Source: an uncultured Chloroflexia bacterium (GTDB taxonomy: Bacteria; Chloroflexota; Limnocylindria; Limnocylindrales; CSP1-4). From it: 64,000 nucleotides of DNA. Position numbers and translations under genes: made by a program. How positions within the stretch are numbered: the stretch's first letter is position 1; the number at the start of each line of letters is the position of its first letter. Of the stretch, positions 9,925 to 19,592 are shown piece by piece. The stretch is from positions 224,001 to 288,000 of the forward strand of contig CAVVCZ010000006.1 of NCBI GenBank assembly GCA_963746845.1. The letters run 5' to 3'. The notes beneath the pieces are model-generated. The model made no database searches. It had not been told where the DNA came from and was given only the letters and a program-made list of their open reading frames with translations.

Positions 9925-11010
9925 TCAGCCGCCCGATGCCGCCGGGGACACGGCCGCGGGCGACGCCTGGCCCGGGAACAGGTCCGGGTGGATCGTCCGT
10001 GCGAGAAGCTCGAGCCCGTCCGCGAGGCGCGGGCCGGGCCGGGTCACGACGATGTCCTCGATGCCGACGACGTTCCGGTTCTTCACGGCGGTGATCGCCG
10101 TCCAGCCCGGTCGCGCGGCGACGGCCTCCGGGGTCACGCCGTACGCCGAGTCGCCGAGGATGATCAGTTCGGGATCCGCCGCGAGGATCTTCTCGGTCGG
10201 CATCTCCCAGTTCGTCGCGCTGCCGGTCGTGATCGGCGTGCCGCCCGCGAGCGAGATCATCTGCTGGTACACGGACTTGTCGGCGATGCCGTAGATCGCC
10301 GGCTGGTCACCGGTCTCGTAGAAGACCTTCGGCTTCGGCGCGCCGGCGGTCGCGGTCGCGACCCCCTCGAAGCCCGCCTTCATCTTCGCGACGAGCGCAT
10401 CGGCCTCGTCCGCGGCGCCGACCGCGTCCCCGGTCAGCTCGATGTCCTGGTAGACACCGTCGACGTCCGGGGCGTACATGACCAGGACCGGGATCTTCAG
10501 CGAGCGCAGCTTGGCGATCGCGTCGGGCGGGCTGCCGCCCTGACCGCCGGCGATCACGAGGTCCGTCCCGAGCGAGAGGATCTTCTCGGTGTCGACCTCC
10601 AGGCCGGTCGAGCCGAACTTGCTCACGACCGGCACGTCCTTCGCCTCGGGCGGGTAGTCGGCGATGTCCTCGACCTTGCCGACGACCTTGTCGCCGGCAC
10701 CGAGCGCGTACAGCACCTCGGTCTCGGCGGGCGTGAGCGACACGATCTTGTCGGGCTCGGCGGCGAGCTGGACCGTTGTTCCCTCGTCGTCGGTCAGGGA
10801 GACGGGGAACGCGGGGCTCGGCGACGGGGCGACCGACGGCGGGGCGCTGGCGGTGGCGGGCGGGACGAGCGCGCCGGTCGCGCTCGCCGCTGGCGTCGAA
10901 GGCGTGGGCGTGGCGCTCGCGCCGCACGCGGCGAGGATGAGGGTCAGGGTGGCGACGAGCGCGGCGAGGCCGCGCGGACGGGCGGACGGAAGAGCGGACA
11001 GGGCGGACAC
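9925..11010 (-). CDS. btuF: cobalamin/cobinamide-binding lipoprotein
   Basis: LAAC lipobox, IVSLTPAETE, RPGPRL; lies downstream of the riboswitch; alternative start at 11055. Confidence 0.85.
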   Translation of the reverse strand: MSALSALPSARPRGLAALVATLTLILAACGASATPTPSTPAASATGALVPPATASAPPSVAPSPSPAFPVSLTDDEGTTVQLAAEPDKIVSLTPAETEVLYALGAGDKVVGKVEDIADYPPEAKDVPVVSKFGSTGLEVDTEKILSLGTDLVIAGGQGGSPPDAIAKLRSLKIPVLVMYAPDVDGVYQDIELTGDAVGAADEADALVAKMKAGFEGVATATAGAPKPKVFYETGDQPAIYGIADKSVYQQMISLAGGTPITTGSATNWEMPTEKILAADPELIILGDSAYGVTPEAVAARPGWTAITAVKNRNVVGIEDIVVTRPGPRLADGLELLARTIHPDLFPGQASPAAVSPAASGG

Positions 11011-11057
11011 AGCGGGCTCCGGGGCAGGAGGGAGGCGCGAGGGCCGTGGGCACACGA

Positions 11058-11087
11058 AACCCCTCGCTTCGGTTCGAAGGAGGGGTT
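11058..11087 (-). terminator. riboswitch expression-platform hairpin (terminator or SD sequestrator)
   Basis: Minus strand AACCCCTC-CTTCG-AAC-CGAAG-C-GAGGGGTT followed by TCGT; 3' arm contains GAGGGG just before GTG 11055. Confidence 0.55.
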
Positions 11088-11129
11088 GTCAGCCGGTCGG
11101 ACGCATCGTTGCCTGCCCTTTCTCTCGAA

Positions 11130-11246
11130 GGTAGAGCATCGACCGCGGGACCGGCGACCGGACTTCCACCGCCGTTGGGCGGTGGTCACCGTAGCGGGAC
11201 TGTGCCGGACTCTCACCGGCTTCGCGACCCCGCGGCATCGAGGTAG
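11130..11246 (-). ncRNA. cobalamin riboswitch (boundaries approximate)
   Basis: Minus strand GCGAAGCCGGTGAGAGTCCGGCACAGTCCCGCTACGGTGA...GAAGTCCGGTCGCC resembles the cobalamin riboswitch core and B12 box; extended -10 TGgTACGAT at 11254-11262; upstream of btu/cob genes. Confidence 0.88.
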
Positions 11247-11295
11247 CCGGCGGATCGTACCACTCCGCTCCGGCGAACCGTCGCGAACCGCCAGG

Positions 11296-11326
11296 TGAGC
11301 GCCGGATAAGAGTCCCCTGCGAGACT
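11296..11326 (+). promoter_or_regulatory. TGAG-N7-TAAG direct-repeat box, N10, then -10 GAGACT
   Basis: Aligns without gaps to the boxes at 46363-46393(-) and 60027-60057(+). Confidence 0.5.
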
Positions 11327-11385
11327 GCCGCCCTCGCCGCTCCGCCTCCCCCGCCGGCCGACCCGCCGGAGGAGGTTTCGTCCAG

Positions 11386-12540
11386 GTGGCAGGTCGGCGA
11401 ACGACAGGGTCGGTGGAGACGAGCCATGTCGCGAAGATCAGGATCACGAGCTTCGGGGGGATCGCCCTCGCGGGGGCCGTGGCCGTCGCCGTCGGCGGCG
11501 GGCTCGTCCTGCACCAGACGCTCGTGCCGCAGCACGCTCGTGGGGCAGGCGTCGTGGCCCGGGACCGGGGCGCGACGCGCGACGTCGAGCCGCGGCCGGG
11601 CGCCCGGGTCGCCCTCCGCGTCCCGGATGTTCCGTGGCTTGCCGAGCGCGGTGACGGCGTGTGGCTGCACGGCCGGGGCGCCGCGCCGACTCGCGACGTC
11701 CTGCCGGCCGGCGAGACCGGTTTGGGGATCGACGAGCGGTATGTCGCGACCACGGTACCGGCGGCGGGCGGCCGATCTACCGTCCGGCTCCGTGACCCGG
11801 GATCGGGCCGGCTGGTCCGTGCGGTGGACCTGCCGATCTGGGTCTCGGCTGGGGCATGGACCCGCGGCGGGCTGGTCGTCACCGGCTATCGGGACTCGTC
11901 CATGGCGTGGGACGGCGGGCTGGTCCTCGTGACCGTCCCGGACTTCGCCGTCCGGACGCTCGTCGCACCGCGGCCATACCCGGAGCGGCTCGGGGCGCCG
12001 GTGGCCCGCGGCGAGGTGGTGGCGAGTCCGTCCGGATCGATCGTCGCGTCGAACCTGTGCGGCGTCCGGCTGTGCGACACCCAGGTCGTCGACCTCGCCA
12101 CGGGCGAGATCTTCCGGCCCATCCAGTCCGCCGAGGGCTTCCTCCGGGTCGTGACGGACGACCTGATCGTCACGACCGACGACGACTACGGCTGGATCTC
12201 CGGCCGACGGTTCCGCGACGGGTCGGAGGCGTGGCACCAGACGGACAGCATGCTGCTCGACCCGCTCGCGGCCGCCGATGGCGCGGTCGTGGGCGTCGTG
12301 GGCTCGCGCGTCGCCGGTTGGGGCGTCGCCGCGTTCGACGGCCAGGGCCGCGTCCGGAACCTGACGTCCCGGACCGGAGCCGACCGTCCGTGGCCTCGCA
12401 TCTGGCGCCAGCTATCCACCCCGACGACCGCGGTCGTGGGACGGGAGGGCTTCGAGGACGCCGTCCGCACGACGCTCGGGAGCCCGGAGGCAGTCCTGCC
12501 CGTGGTCGCGCTGCCGGCGGCGCCGGAGGTGACCCCGTGA
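11386..12540 (+). CDS. membrane-anchored or secreted beta-rich (possible beta-propeller) hypothetical protein
   Basis: GGAGGAGG upstream, N-terminal hydrophobic helix, repeated short strand/DxxxG units. Confidence 0.7.
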   Translation: MAGRRTTGSVETSHVAKIRITSFGGIALAGAVAVAVGGGLVLHQTLVPQHARGAGVVARDRGATRDVEPRPGARVALRVPDVPWLAERGDGVWLHGRGAAPTRDVLPAGETGLGIDERYVATTVPAAGGRSTVRLRDPGSGRLVRAVDLPIWVSAGAWTRGGLVVTGYRDSSMAWDGGLVLVTVPDFAVRTLVAPRPYPERLGAPVARGEVVASPSGSIVASNLCGVRLCDTQVVDLATGEIFRPIQSAEGFLRVVTDDLIVTTDDDYGWISGRRFRDGSEAWHQTDSMLLDPLAAADGAVVGVVGSRVAGWGVAAFDGQGRVRNLTSRTGADRPWPRIWRQLSTPTTAVVGREGFEDAVRTTLGSPEAVLPVVALPAAPEVTP

Positions 12541-13667
12541 CCCGGCGGCGCGCGATCGCGGTCGCCCTCTCCGCGGTCGCGCTTGCGTCCTCGGCATCGC
12601 CAGCCCTTGCCGGCGAGCCGGACCCGGGCCACGCCGACCTGTTCCCGCACGATCCCGGGGATCCGCGGATCACCCTCGACTGGCACTTCGCCAGCACCTC
12701 GTACCCGGCCTGGTTCCGGTCGAACGTCGAGACCGAGCTGGAGGTCTACTGGGACGACCCGGTCGCGAACAACTCGAACGTCCCTCGCTACGACAATGGC
12801 GGCGACAACAGCGGCGGCGGAACGGTGACGTACACGGCGGCTGCGGCGTCGCCCTGCACGGGATCGACCGTCTGGATCGCGTGCAACCCGGCGGGCGGGC
12901 TCCGCGCCTTCGGCATCTACGTCCGGTCGCTGCCGTCGCCGAGCGCCCCGACGTGGCTGTGGTACCACCGCGACGGCACCTGCTCGGACCTGTACGACGG
13001 CAGCCCGAACGCCGACGACGGCTATCCGACCTCGGTGTGCTTCTCGGTCCTCCGGGTCGTCGCCCACGAGAGCACGCACAACACGCTCGTCCGTCCGCAC
13101 TACGACGCCGGCGCGGACGACGAGACGATCATGATGTCGACGACGCCGACGCCGAACGGCTCGCCGGCCAACTGGAACCGCCGGAACTTCCTGCCGTGCG
13201 ATGCGGCTGCGGCCCAGCTCGAGTACGGCCCGGCCGATGCCTCGGGGAAGTACGCCGACTGCTTCGCTGCGAAGCCCGGCGACGGGGTGAAGGGCCTGAA
13301 CTCCGCCCTGACCGTCACGTCGGCGGCGTCGGCCAGCCGATGCGTCGGGACGAGCGGAACGGCGACCGGACGCCTGGCGCTGGCCAGCTCCGCGAGCTAC
13401 GAGGACATGCGGAACTGGCCGCTGGCCGGACGGGTCGTCCGGATCGATCGTCGGCCGACCGGGTCATCGACCTGGACGACCGGGGTGACCTCGGTTGCCG
13501 CGTCCGGGGCCGGTGGCAACAACTGGAAGGCGACGATCGGCTCGTCGGTCGCGGGATCGTTCGACTACCGGGCGACGTGGTTCACGAGCGCCGCCGAGCC
13601 GGCCGTCAACACGTCCAACGCGGTGACATGGACGATCCGCTGGACCACCATCGGCTGCCCGTCATGA
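12537..13667 (+). CDS. secreted zinc metalloprotease-like protein (variant metzincin) with C-terminal beta-sandwich
   Basis: Signal peptide ending ALA; AHESTHNTLVRPH followed by ETIMM; GTGA and ATGA overlaps with neighbours. Confidence 0.7.
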   Translation: MTRRRAIAVALSAVALASSASPALAGEPDPGHADLFPHDPGDPRITLDWHFASTSYPAWFRSNVETELEVYWDDPVANNSNVPRYDNGGDNSGGGTVTYTAAAASPCTGSTVWIACNPAGGLRAFGIYVRSLPSPSAPTWLWYHRDGTCSDLYDGSPNADDGYPTSVCFSVLRVVAHESTHNTLVRPHYDAGADDETIMMSTTPTPNGSPANWNRRNFLPCDAAAAQLEYGPADASGKYADCFAAKPGDGVKGLNSALTVTSAASASRCVGTSGTATGRLALASSASYEDMRNWPLAGRVVRIDRRPTGSSTWTTGVTSVAASGAGGNNWKATIGSSVAGSFDYRATWFTSAAEPAVNTSNAVTWTIRWTTIGCPS

Positions 13668-14572
13668 CGATGACCCGTCGGTTGCGCGGGGAACGAGGCT
13701 GGCTCATCGCCGGACTCGTCCCCGTCCTCGTCCTGGCGGGATGCGCGACGGCCGGCCCGTCGCCATCCGCCAGGTCCAGCTCCAGCCCGCCGACCGTCGC
13801 GCCGTCCCTCGAGTCCGCGCCATCCACGAGACCGTCCGGGACCAGCCCCGTGGCAGCCACGCCGATCCCGGAGGCGGCGGGGATCCCGGTCCCGCTCGAC
13901 GAGGTGACGCTCGTCTGCGAGAGCTGGGGCTCCGAGCCGCCCGCGACGGCGATCCCCTGCCGGGACGCGGCATCCCTGGCTCTCGGGGCGCTCGGACCGT
14001 CGGCGGCGGCCCGCGTCGATCGCCTGGACGTCGGGTTCGGCGCGGGCTGCCAGCTAAAGCCGACCTGCCCGGACCGGCGGGCCGACGTCGGCTGGGTCCT
14101 CGCCCGGTCCGGCGACCGGGGCTGGCAGCTCTTCGATGTCGAACGGAACGCCTCCGGCGAGCTGGAGGTCTGGCCCCCCGTCTCGAGCCCGCCGCGGCCC
14201 GCACCGGCCTTCGAGCCGCCGCCTCGCGCCGCCCCGGACCTCGGCACCGACGCGCCGGGCGCGCTCCGGGATCGCGAGGCCCTGCCCTTCTGCGGCGAGG
14301 AGGATCTCGGGCCGACGGGCGCGTACGACGTCGCGGCGCGCCGCTGCTTCGTCGACGGCGTCCTCGCCGGTTCACCGGTCGAGCTGATCAGCCGAGCGCC
14401 GTCGACCGAGGGTGACCCGGTGCTGACGCTCTACCGGTTCGGCGGCGGTGGATCGGTCGTCCGGTCCGTCCACGCCGGCGGCCGGTGGGTGACCTCGGTC
14501 TGTGCGGTCTCGCCCATCGCGACGGACGCGGCCTTCGTCATCGCGGGCGGCTGCGACGCCGCCAAGCCGTGA
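13664..14572 (+). CDS. Cys-rich lipoprotein
   Basis: LAGC lipobox, S/P/T-rich linker, paired cysteines. Confidence 0.75.
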   Translation: MTMTRRLRGERGWLIAGLVPVLVLAGCATAGPSPSARSSSSPPTVAPSLESAPSTRPSGTSPVAATPIPEAAGIPVPLDEVTLVCESWGSEPPATAIPCRDAASLALGALGPSAAARVDRLDVGFGAGCQLKPTCPDRRADVGWVLARSGDRGWQLFDVERNASGELEVWPPVSSPPRPAPAFEPPPRAAPDLGTDAPGALRDREALPFCGEEDLGPTGAYDVAARRCFVDGVLAGSPVELISRAPSTEGDPVLTLYRFGGGGSVVRSVHAGGRWVTSVCAVSPIATDAAFVIAGGCDAAKP

Positions 14573-14648
14573 CCCGGACACGGCGAGGGCGCCGGTCCGT
14601 CGATCGACGCCCCGCGGTTGCGGCTGCCGGCGATGCCGCCGGCGCGGG

Positions 14649-14924
14649 TCAGGCCGGGACGGGCGGCTGCGCCGAGAAGATCGATTCCTGGGCTTCCTCG
14701 GGCAGCATCACGCCCATGATCTTCTGGAGCGTGAGGACGTGGACGCACGTCCGCCAACTGTCGAAGTAGTGGCAGGTGCAGTGCCACTGACCGGCGTCGA
14801 GACTGACGTGGTGCGTGTCATTGTCGCCGCGGAACGTGAGCGCCAGACGATCGATCGTGATCCGGTCCAGCTCACGGGCGTAGCGATTCGCCTTCTCGAC
14901 CTTGCCGATCAGGGAACTGTGCAT
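14649..14924 (-). CDS. small SWIM-type zinc-finger protein
   Basis: WHCTC...CVH motif; GGAGG RBS. Confidence 0.8.
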   Translation of the reverse strand: MHSSLIGKVEKANRYARELDRITIDRLALTFRGDNDTHHVSLDAGQWHCTCHYFDSWRTCVHVLTLQKIMGVMLPEEAQESIFSAQPPVPA

Positions 14925-15081
14925 CGACGCATACCTCCGCCGCCCCTCGAGGGGCGCTCACGAGGCCGCCAGTCCGGTCGCGCACCCGACCGGTGAAGCG
15001 GTCGTGCCGCCACCATACACCCCGCCGCCCGGCTGGTCACCCCCCATTCGATGAGGGCCGACCCGGACCTTCCACCCCGCT

Positions 15082-15456
15082 CTATGGCGCGGACGTTCCC
15101 TCGCGTCCGAAGTCGTCCTCGACGCGGACGACGTCATCCAGCTCCGGGGTCGAGACCTCGATCAGCTCCACGCGATCGACCGCCTCGAACCGGTGGCGGC
15201 GGCCGACCGGAACCCGGGCGAAGTCGCCCGGCCCGAGCTCGCGGACGGTCATCGTCCCGGCGTCGTCCTCGAGATGGAGCCGGAGCCGGCCGGCGATCAC
15301 GTAGATCGACTCGTCCTTGCGATCGTGGTACTGGAGCGACAGCCGGCGGCCCGCCTCGATGACGATGACCTTGCCGCAGTAGCGGTCCGTGAGGACCCAG
15401 ATCAGCTCGTGGCCCCACGGCTTGTCGACGCGGCGGGGCGCGGCGGCGTCCGTCAT
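15082..15456 (-). CDS. cupin, type II mannose-6-phosphate isomerase C-terminal-like domain
   Basis: VDKPWG, LSLQYH..KDE, HR, EVS, VVRVEDDFGR. Confidence 0.85.
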   Translation of the reverse strand: MTDAAAPRRVDKPWGHELIWVLTDRYCGKVIVIEAGRRLSLQYHDRKDESIYVIAGRLRLHLEDDAGTMTVRELGPGDFARVPVGRRHRFEAVDRVELIEVSTPELDDVVRVEDDFGREGTSAP

Positions 15457-16931
15457 CCCCGGACCAGCCGCTCGCCGGCGACGAGCATCGCCTCGCGGAG
15501 GTCCGGCGTCGTCGCCTCCGTGTAGACCCGGACGAGCGGCTCCGTGCCGCTGGCCCGGATGAGCAGCCACGTCCCGTCGGCCAGGAAGAATTTGAACCCG
15601 TCGTTCGTCGACAGCGGCACGGTGTGGTCGATCGGGTGGCCGCCGAGCTCGCTCGGAGCCTGCTCGCGGAGGTCCACCAGCAGCCGTCGCTTCGTCTCGT
15701 CGTACATCGATCGCTCGACGTGGACGTCGATCCGCCGGTAGAACGACGGCCCGGCGATCTCGTGGAAGTGGGCGAGGGCCCTCGACACCGGCCAGCGGCC
15801 GGCCGCCTTCTCGGCCAGGAACAGCTCCAGCAGCATCAGGTCCGCGTAGATCCCGTCGCGCTCGGGCAGGTGCATCCCGAACCCGAACCCGCCGGACTCC
15901 TCGGCGCCGAGCATCGCGCCGGTCCGGATCATCTCCGGCCCGATGAACTTGAACCCGACCGGGGTCTCGTGGACGGCGATCCCGAAGTGCTCCCCGAGCC
16001 GCTCGGCCATCGAGGTGTTGTTGACGCTGACGACGACCGGCTCGCGGAGCTTCCGATGCTCGGCGAGGTGGTACATCAGGAGCCCGGTCACCTCGAGCTG
16101 ATGGATGAAGACGCCGGTCTCGTCGGCAGCGCCAGCGCGATCCGCGTCGCCATCGAGCAGCAGCCCGAGGTCGAACCCGCCCCCGGCCAGCATCCCGAGG
16201 GCCTCGTCGACGTTCGGGCGGATCGGCTCCGGGTTGATCCCCCCGAAGAACGGGTTCCGCTCGCTGTGGATCTCGGTCACCCGGATCCGACCGCCCGCCA
16301 GCAGCCGTGGGATCCAGCCGGCACCCGCGCCGTACAGCGGCTCGACGAGGATCGCGATGTCGGCCGCCTTGAGCGCGTCGAGGTCGATCGTCCGCCGGAC
16401 GAACTGCTCGTAGCCGGTGAACGGGTCGAACCGCTCGACGAGCCCGGCGGCCTCGGCGTCGTCGATGGGCCGGCGTTCGATCGCGGCCCCGCCGTTGTCC
16501 GCGATGGCCGCCTCGAGCACGCCCAGGATGTCGCCCCCGGCCGCGGCCCCGGTCGGTGCCTTGACCTTGAAGCCGTTGTCGGTCCACGGGTTGTGCGACG
16601 CGGTGATCACGATGCCGGCCGCCGCGCTGCGCTGGACGACCTCGTAGGAGCTCATCTGGGTCGGGACGGCGCCGGTCGCGAGATAGACCGGGATGTCGCG
16701 GGCGAGGAGGACCTCGGCTGCGGCGGCCGCAAAGTGCTCGGAGGCGAACCGCCGGTCGAACGCGATCACGACGCCCTTCGCCTGCTCCCCGCGCCCGACG
16801 ACGTAGCGCGCCACGCCGTCGGCGCAGCGGCGGACGTTCTCGAACGTGAAGTCGTCGGCGACGCGCGCCCGCCAGCCGTCCGTCCCGAAGACGATGGTCG
16901 TCGGGGTCGGTGCCTGGGCGATGATCGTCAC
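15453..16931 (-). CDS. manB: phosphomannomutase/phosphoglucomutase
   Basis: FGTDGWR, TASHNP, DGDADR, EESGG, RASGTEP. Confidence 0.9.
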   Translation of the reverse strand: MTIIAQAPTPTTIVFGTDGWRARVADDFTFENVRRCADGVARYVVGRGEQAKGVVIAFDRRFASEHFAAAAAEVLLARDIPVYLATGAVPTQMSSYEVVQRSAAAGIVITASHNPWTDNGFKVKAPTGAAAGGDILGVLEAAIADNGGAAIERRPIDDAEAAGLVERFDPFTGYEQFVRRTIDLDALKAADIAILVEPLYGAGAGWIPRLLAGGRIRVTEIHSERNPFFGGINPEPIRPNVDEALGMLAGGGFDLGLLLDGDADRAGAADETGVFIHQLEVTGLLMYHLAEHRKLREPVVVSVNNTSMAERLGEHFGIAVHETPVGFKFIGPEMIRTGAMLGAEESGGFGFGMHLPERDGIYADLMLLELFLAEKAAGRWPVSRALAHFHEIAGPSFYRRIDVHVERSMYDETKRRLLVDLREQAPSELGGHPIDHTVPLSTNDGFKFFLADGTWLLIRASGTEPLVRVYTEATTPDLREAMLVAGERLVRG

Positions 16932-18025
16932 GCGCGAACCTCCTGGTGCTCGACCCGATCGAGCAGGGCCTGGACATCGTCCTCCACGCGGATCGCCCCG
17001 GCGAGATGGGCCCATACGCCGTCCGCCACGATCGTACCGTCCGACGCACCGCCGATCGCGGGCGCGGCCTCCACGACCAGGTGCCCGTCCAGCGGGCGGA
17101 TGACGAGGTCGTCGGGCCCGAGCGCGATGGTCTCGCCACCCTGGACGACCCGGCCCGTCACGCCGGAGGCGCGATCTCCGGCCAGGACCCCGAGCAGGGC
17201 CGTCCATCCGCCGATGTCGTTCCAGCCGACGTCCATCCCGCCCATGACGACCTGGTGGTCGGATGCCGCTCCCTCCATGACCGCCTTGTCGATCGAGATC
17301 GGGGTGATCCGGTCGTACGCGTTCTGGAGCGCCAGGTCCGAGCCGACGGCCTGGTCGATGAGCATCGGCAGCGGCGTGTACTTCTCGAGCGCCGCACGGA
17401 TCGCACCGCGCTGCCAGAGGAACATGCCGGCGTTCCACGAGACGTCGGGCATGCCGAGCAGCTGCACGGCCCGCGCCTCCGTGGGCTTCTCCTCGAACGC
17501 CTTGAGACGGTGGGCGGACAGACCGTGGATGTCGGCGCCGTGGAGCGGCTCCGGGACCAGGTAGCCATAGTCGGTCGACGGGAAGGTCGGCTGGATGCCC
17601 AGGGTCACGAGCGGCTCGGCGATGTCGAAGCACCCGGTCGCGAGACCGAGGGCCGCGTCGTTGATGACGCCCTGGAACACTGGCTCGTCAGCGATCCAGT
17701 GGTCGGCTGGCAGGACGACCATGACCTCGTCGCTCGGTCGCTCGATCATCCCGGCCGCGAGGGCGATCGCCGCCGCCGTGTTTCGTCCGGCCGGCTCGAC
17801 GATCAGGTTGATCGCGGGAACCTGCTCGCGGACGAGATGGCCGAACCTGCGATCCGCCACGCAGTAGATGTCGCGTGGCGAATCCACGAGCGGCAGGATC
17901 CGGGCAACGGTCCGCTGGAGGAGCGTCTCGTCGCCGAGGAGCGGCAGGTAGGGCTTCGGGCGGTCCGGGCGGCTCAACGGCCAGAGCCTCGTGCCGCCGC
18001 CCCCGGCCAGGATCACGACGTACAT
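16928..18025 (-). CDS. manC: mannose-1-phosphate guanylyltransferase
   Basis: LAGGGGTRLWPLSR..PK, EPAGRNTA, PADH, WNAGMF, WNDIG. Confidence 0.92.
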   Translation of the reverse strand: MYVVILAGGGGTRLWPLSRPDRPKPYLPLLGDETLLQRTVARILPLVDSPRDIYCVADRRFGHLVREQVPAINLIVEPAGRNTAAAIALAAGMIERPSDEVMVVLPADHWIADEPVFQGVINDAALGLATGCFDIAEPLVTLGIQPTFPSTDYGYLVPEPLHGADIHGLSAHRLKAFEEKPTEARAVQLLGMPDVSWNAGMFLWQRGAIRAALEKYTPLPMLIDQAVGSDLALQNAYDRITPISIDKAVMEGAASDHQVVMGGMDVGWNDIGGWTALLGVLAGDRASGVTGRVVQGGETIALGPDDLVIRPLDGHLVVEAAPAIGGASDGTIVADGVWAHLAGAIRVEDDVQALLDRVEHQEVRA

Positions 18026-18081
18026 CGGGCTAGTGTCTCAGGTTGGATCGCCCGGGAGTCGCGGGCTCGCCGCTCCCTGGT

Positions 18082-18218
18082 TCATTCGACAGCCACGCCC
18101 ACTCCATCCAGTCGTGTGCGCCTCGGATCGCGCGAAACACGATCAACCGCCGCGCCGGCTGTCGGATGGGCGCGTCGGGACTGGTGCCCTGCCTGATGCG
18201 TCCGTGGCTGTCGTTGGA
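18082..18218. repeat. degenerate inverted-repeat (REP-like) element
   Basis: CGACAGCCACG 18087-18097 is the exact reverse complement of 18203-18213; a second GGCTGTCG at 18157-18164 lies 49 bp from the one at 18206. Confidence 0.45.
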
Positions 18219-18305
18219 GCGAGAGTCCCGGCGAGGGACGACTGAAGTCGCGGATCAGAAGCTCGGCGTTGTCGAGCAGAACAGCACGACCGCCCGGCGC
18301 GCTCC

Positions 18306-19529
18306 TCAGGCGGCGGAGATCGGCTCCGGCTGGGCGACCCCGGCATCGGCCGCGAGGATCGCGGCCTTGTCGGTCCGCTCCCACGGCAGGTCGAGCTCCG
18401 GGCGTCCGAAGTGGCCGTACGCCGCGGTCTGCCGGTAGATCGGGCGGCGCAGGTCGAGCGCCGCGATGATCGCGGCCGGCCGGAGGTCGAAGTGGCGCTC
18501 GATCAGGCGCTGGATCTCCGCATCCGGGATCCGCCCGGTCCCGAACGACTCGACCGAGAACGAGATCGGCCGGGCGATCCCGATGCCGTAGGCGATCTCG
18601 ACCTCGAACCGGTCGGCAAGACCGGCGGCCACGACGTTCTTCGCGACCCACCGTGCGGCGTACGCGCCGGACCGGTCGACCTTCGTCGGATCCTTGCCGG
18701 AGAACGCGCCACCGCCATGACGGGCCATCCCGCCGTAGCTGTCGACGATGATCTTCCGGCCCGTCAGCCCGGCATCGCCCATCGGGCCGCCGGTGACGAA
18801 CCGGCCGGTCGGGTTGACGTGCATCACCGGGTCCGTGTCGCGCAGCTCCTGCGGGATCGACGGCAGGATCACCGCCTCGACGAGGTCGTCGTGGAGCTGG
18901 TCGGCCCGGACGTCGGGGTCGTGCTGGGCGGCGAGGACGACGGTCCGGACCGCCTTCGGGACGCCGTGCTGGTACTCGACGGTGATCTGGGTCTTGCCGT
19001 CCGGCCGGAGGTACGGCAGCTGGCCGGTCTTCCGCGCCGCGGCGAGCTTCTGGGCCATCCGGTGGGCCAGCGCGATCGGGAGCGGCATCAGCTCCTCGGT
19101 CTCGCGGCAGGCGAACCCGAACATCATCCCCTGGTCGCCCGCGCCGAGCTCGTTCGCGCCCCCGTCGTCACGGGCCTCGAGCGCCGCGTCGACGCCCTGC
19201 GCGATGTCCGGCGACTGGCCCTTGACCGAGATCAGCGTGCCGCAGGTCTGGTAGTCGAAGCCGTAGTCCGCCTTCGTGTAGCCGATGTCCCGAACGGTTT
19301 CGCGGACGATCGTCTGGAAGTCGACGTAGGTGTCGGTCGTGATCTCGCCGAGGACCACGACGAGGCCCGTCGTCGTGGCGGTTTCGCAGGCGACGCGGGC
19401 ATCCGGGTCCTCGCGCACGATCGCGTCGAGGATCGCGTCGGAGATCTGGTCGCACATCTTGTCCGGGTGACCCTCGGTCACCGATTCGGACGTGAAGAGG
19501 TACTGCGAAGCGTCGACGATGCTGGTCAT
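18306..19529 (-). CDS. metK: S-adenosylmethionine synthetase
   Basis: [33 protein letters not shown]. Confidence 0.98.
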   Translation of the reverse strand: MTSIVDASQYLFTSESVTEGHPDKMCDQISDAILDAIVREDPDARVACETATTTGLVVVLGEITTDTYVDFQTIVRETVRDIGYTKADYGFDYQTCGTLISVKGQSPDIAQGVDAALEARDDGGANELGAGDQGMMFGFACRETEELMPLPIALAHRMAQKLAAARKTGQLPYLRPDGKTQITVEYQHGVPKAVRTVVLAAQHDPDVRADQLHDDLVEAVILPSIPQELRDTDPVMHVNPTGRFVTGGPMGDAGLTGRKIIVDSYGGMARHGGGAFSGKDPTKVDRSGAYAARWVAKNVVAAGLADRFEVEIAYGIGIARPISFSVESFGTGRIPDAEIQRLIERHFDLRPAAIIAALDLRRPIYRQTAAYGHFGRPELDLPWERTDKAAILAADAGVAQPEPISAA

Positions 19530-19592
19530 GGATCCCTCTGCGGCGTTCCCGCGAGGGTATCACCCGACGCGCCCGTCGCTAGACTCGGGCGA

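Noticed and set aside
19530-19592. SAM riboswitch upstream of metK
   Set aside because: Only 63 bp, holding two divergent -10 elements; no SAM-I or SMK consensus recognised.
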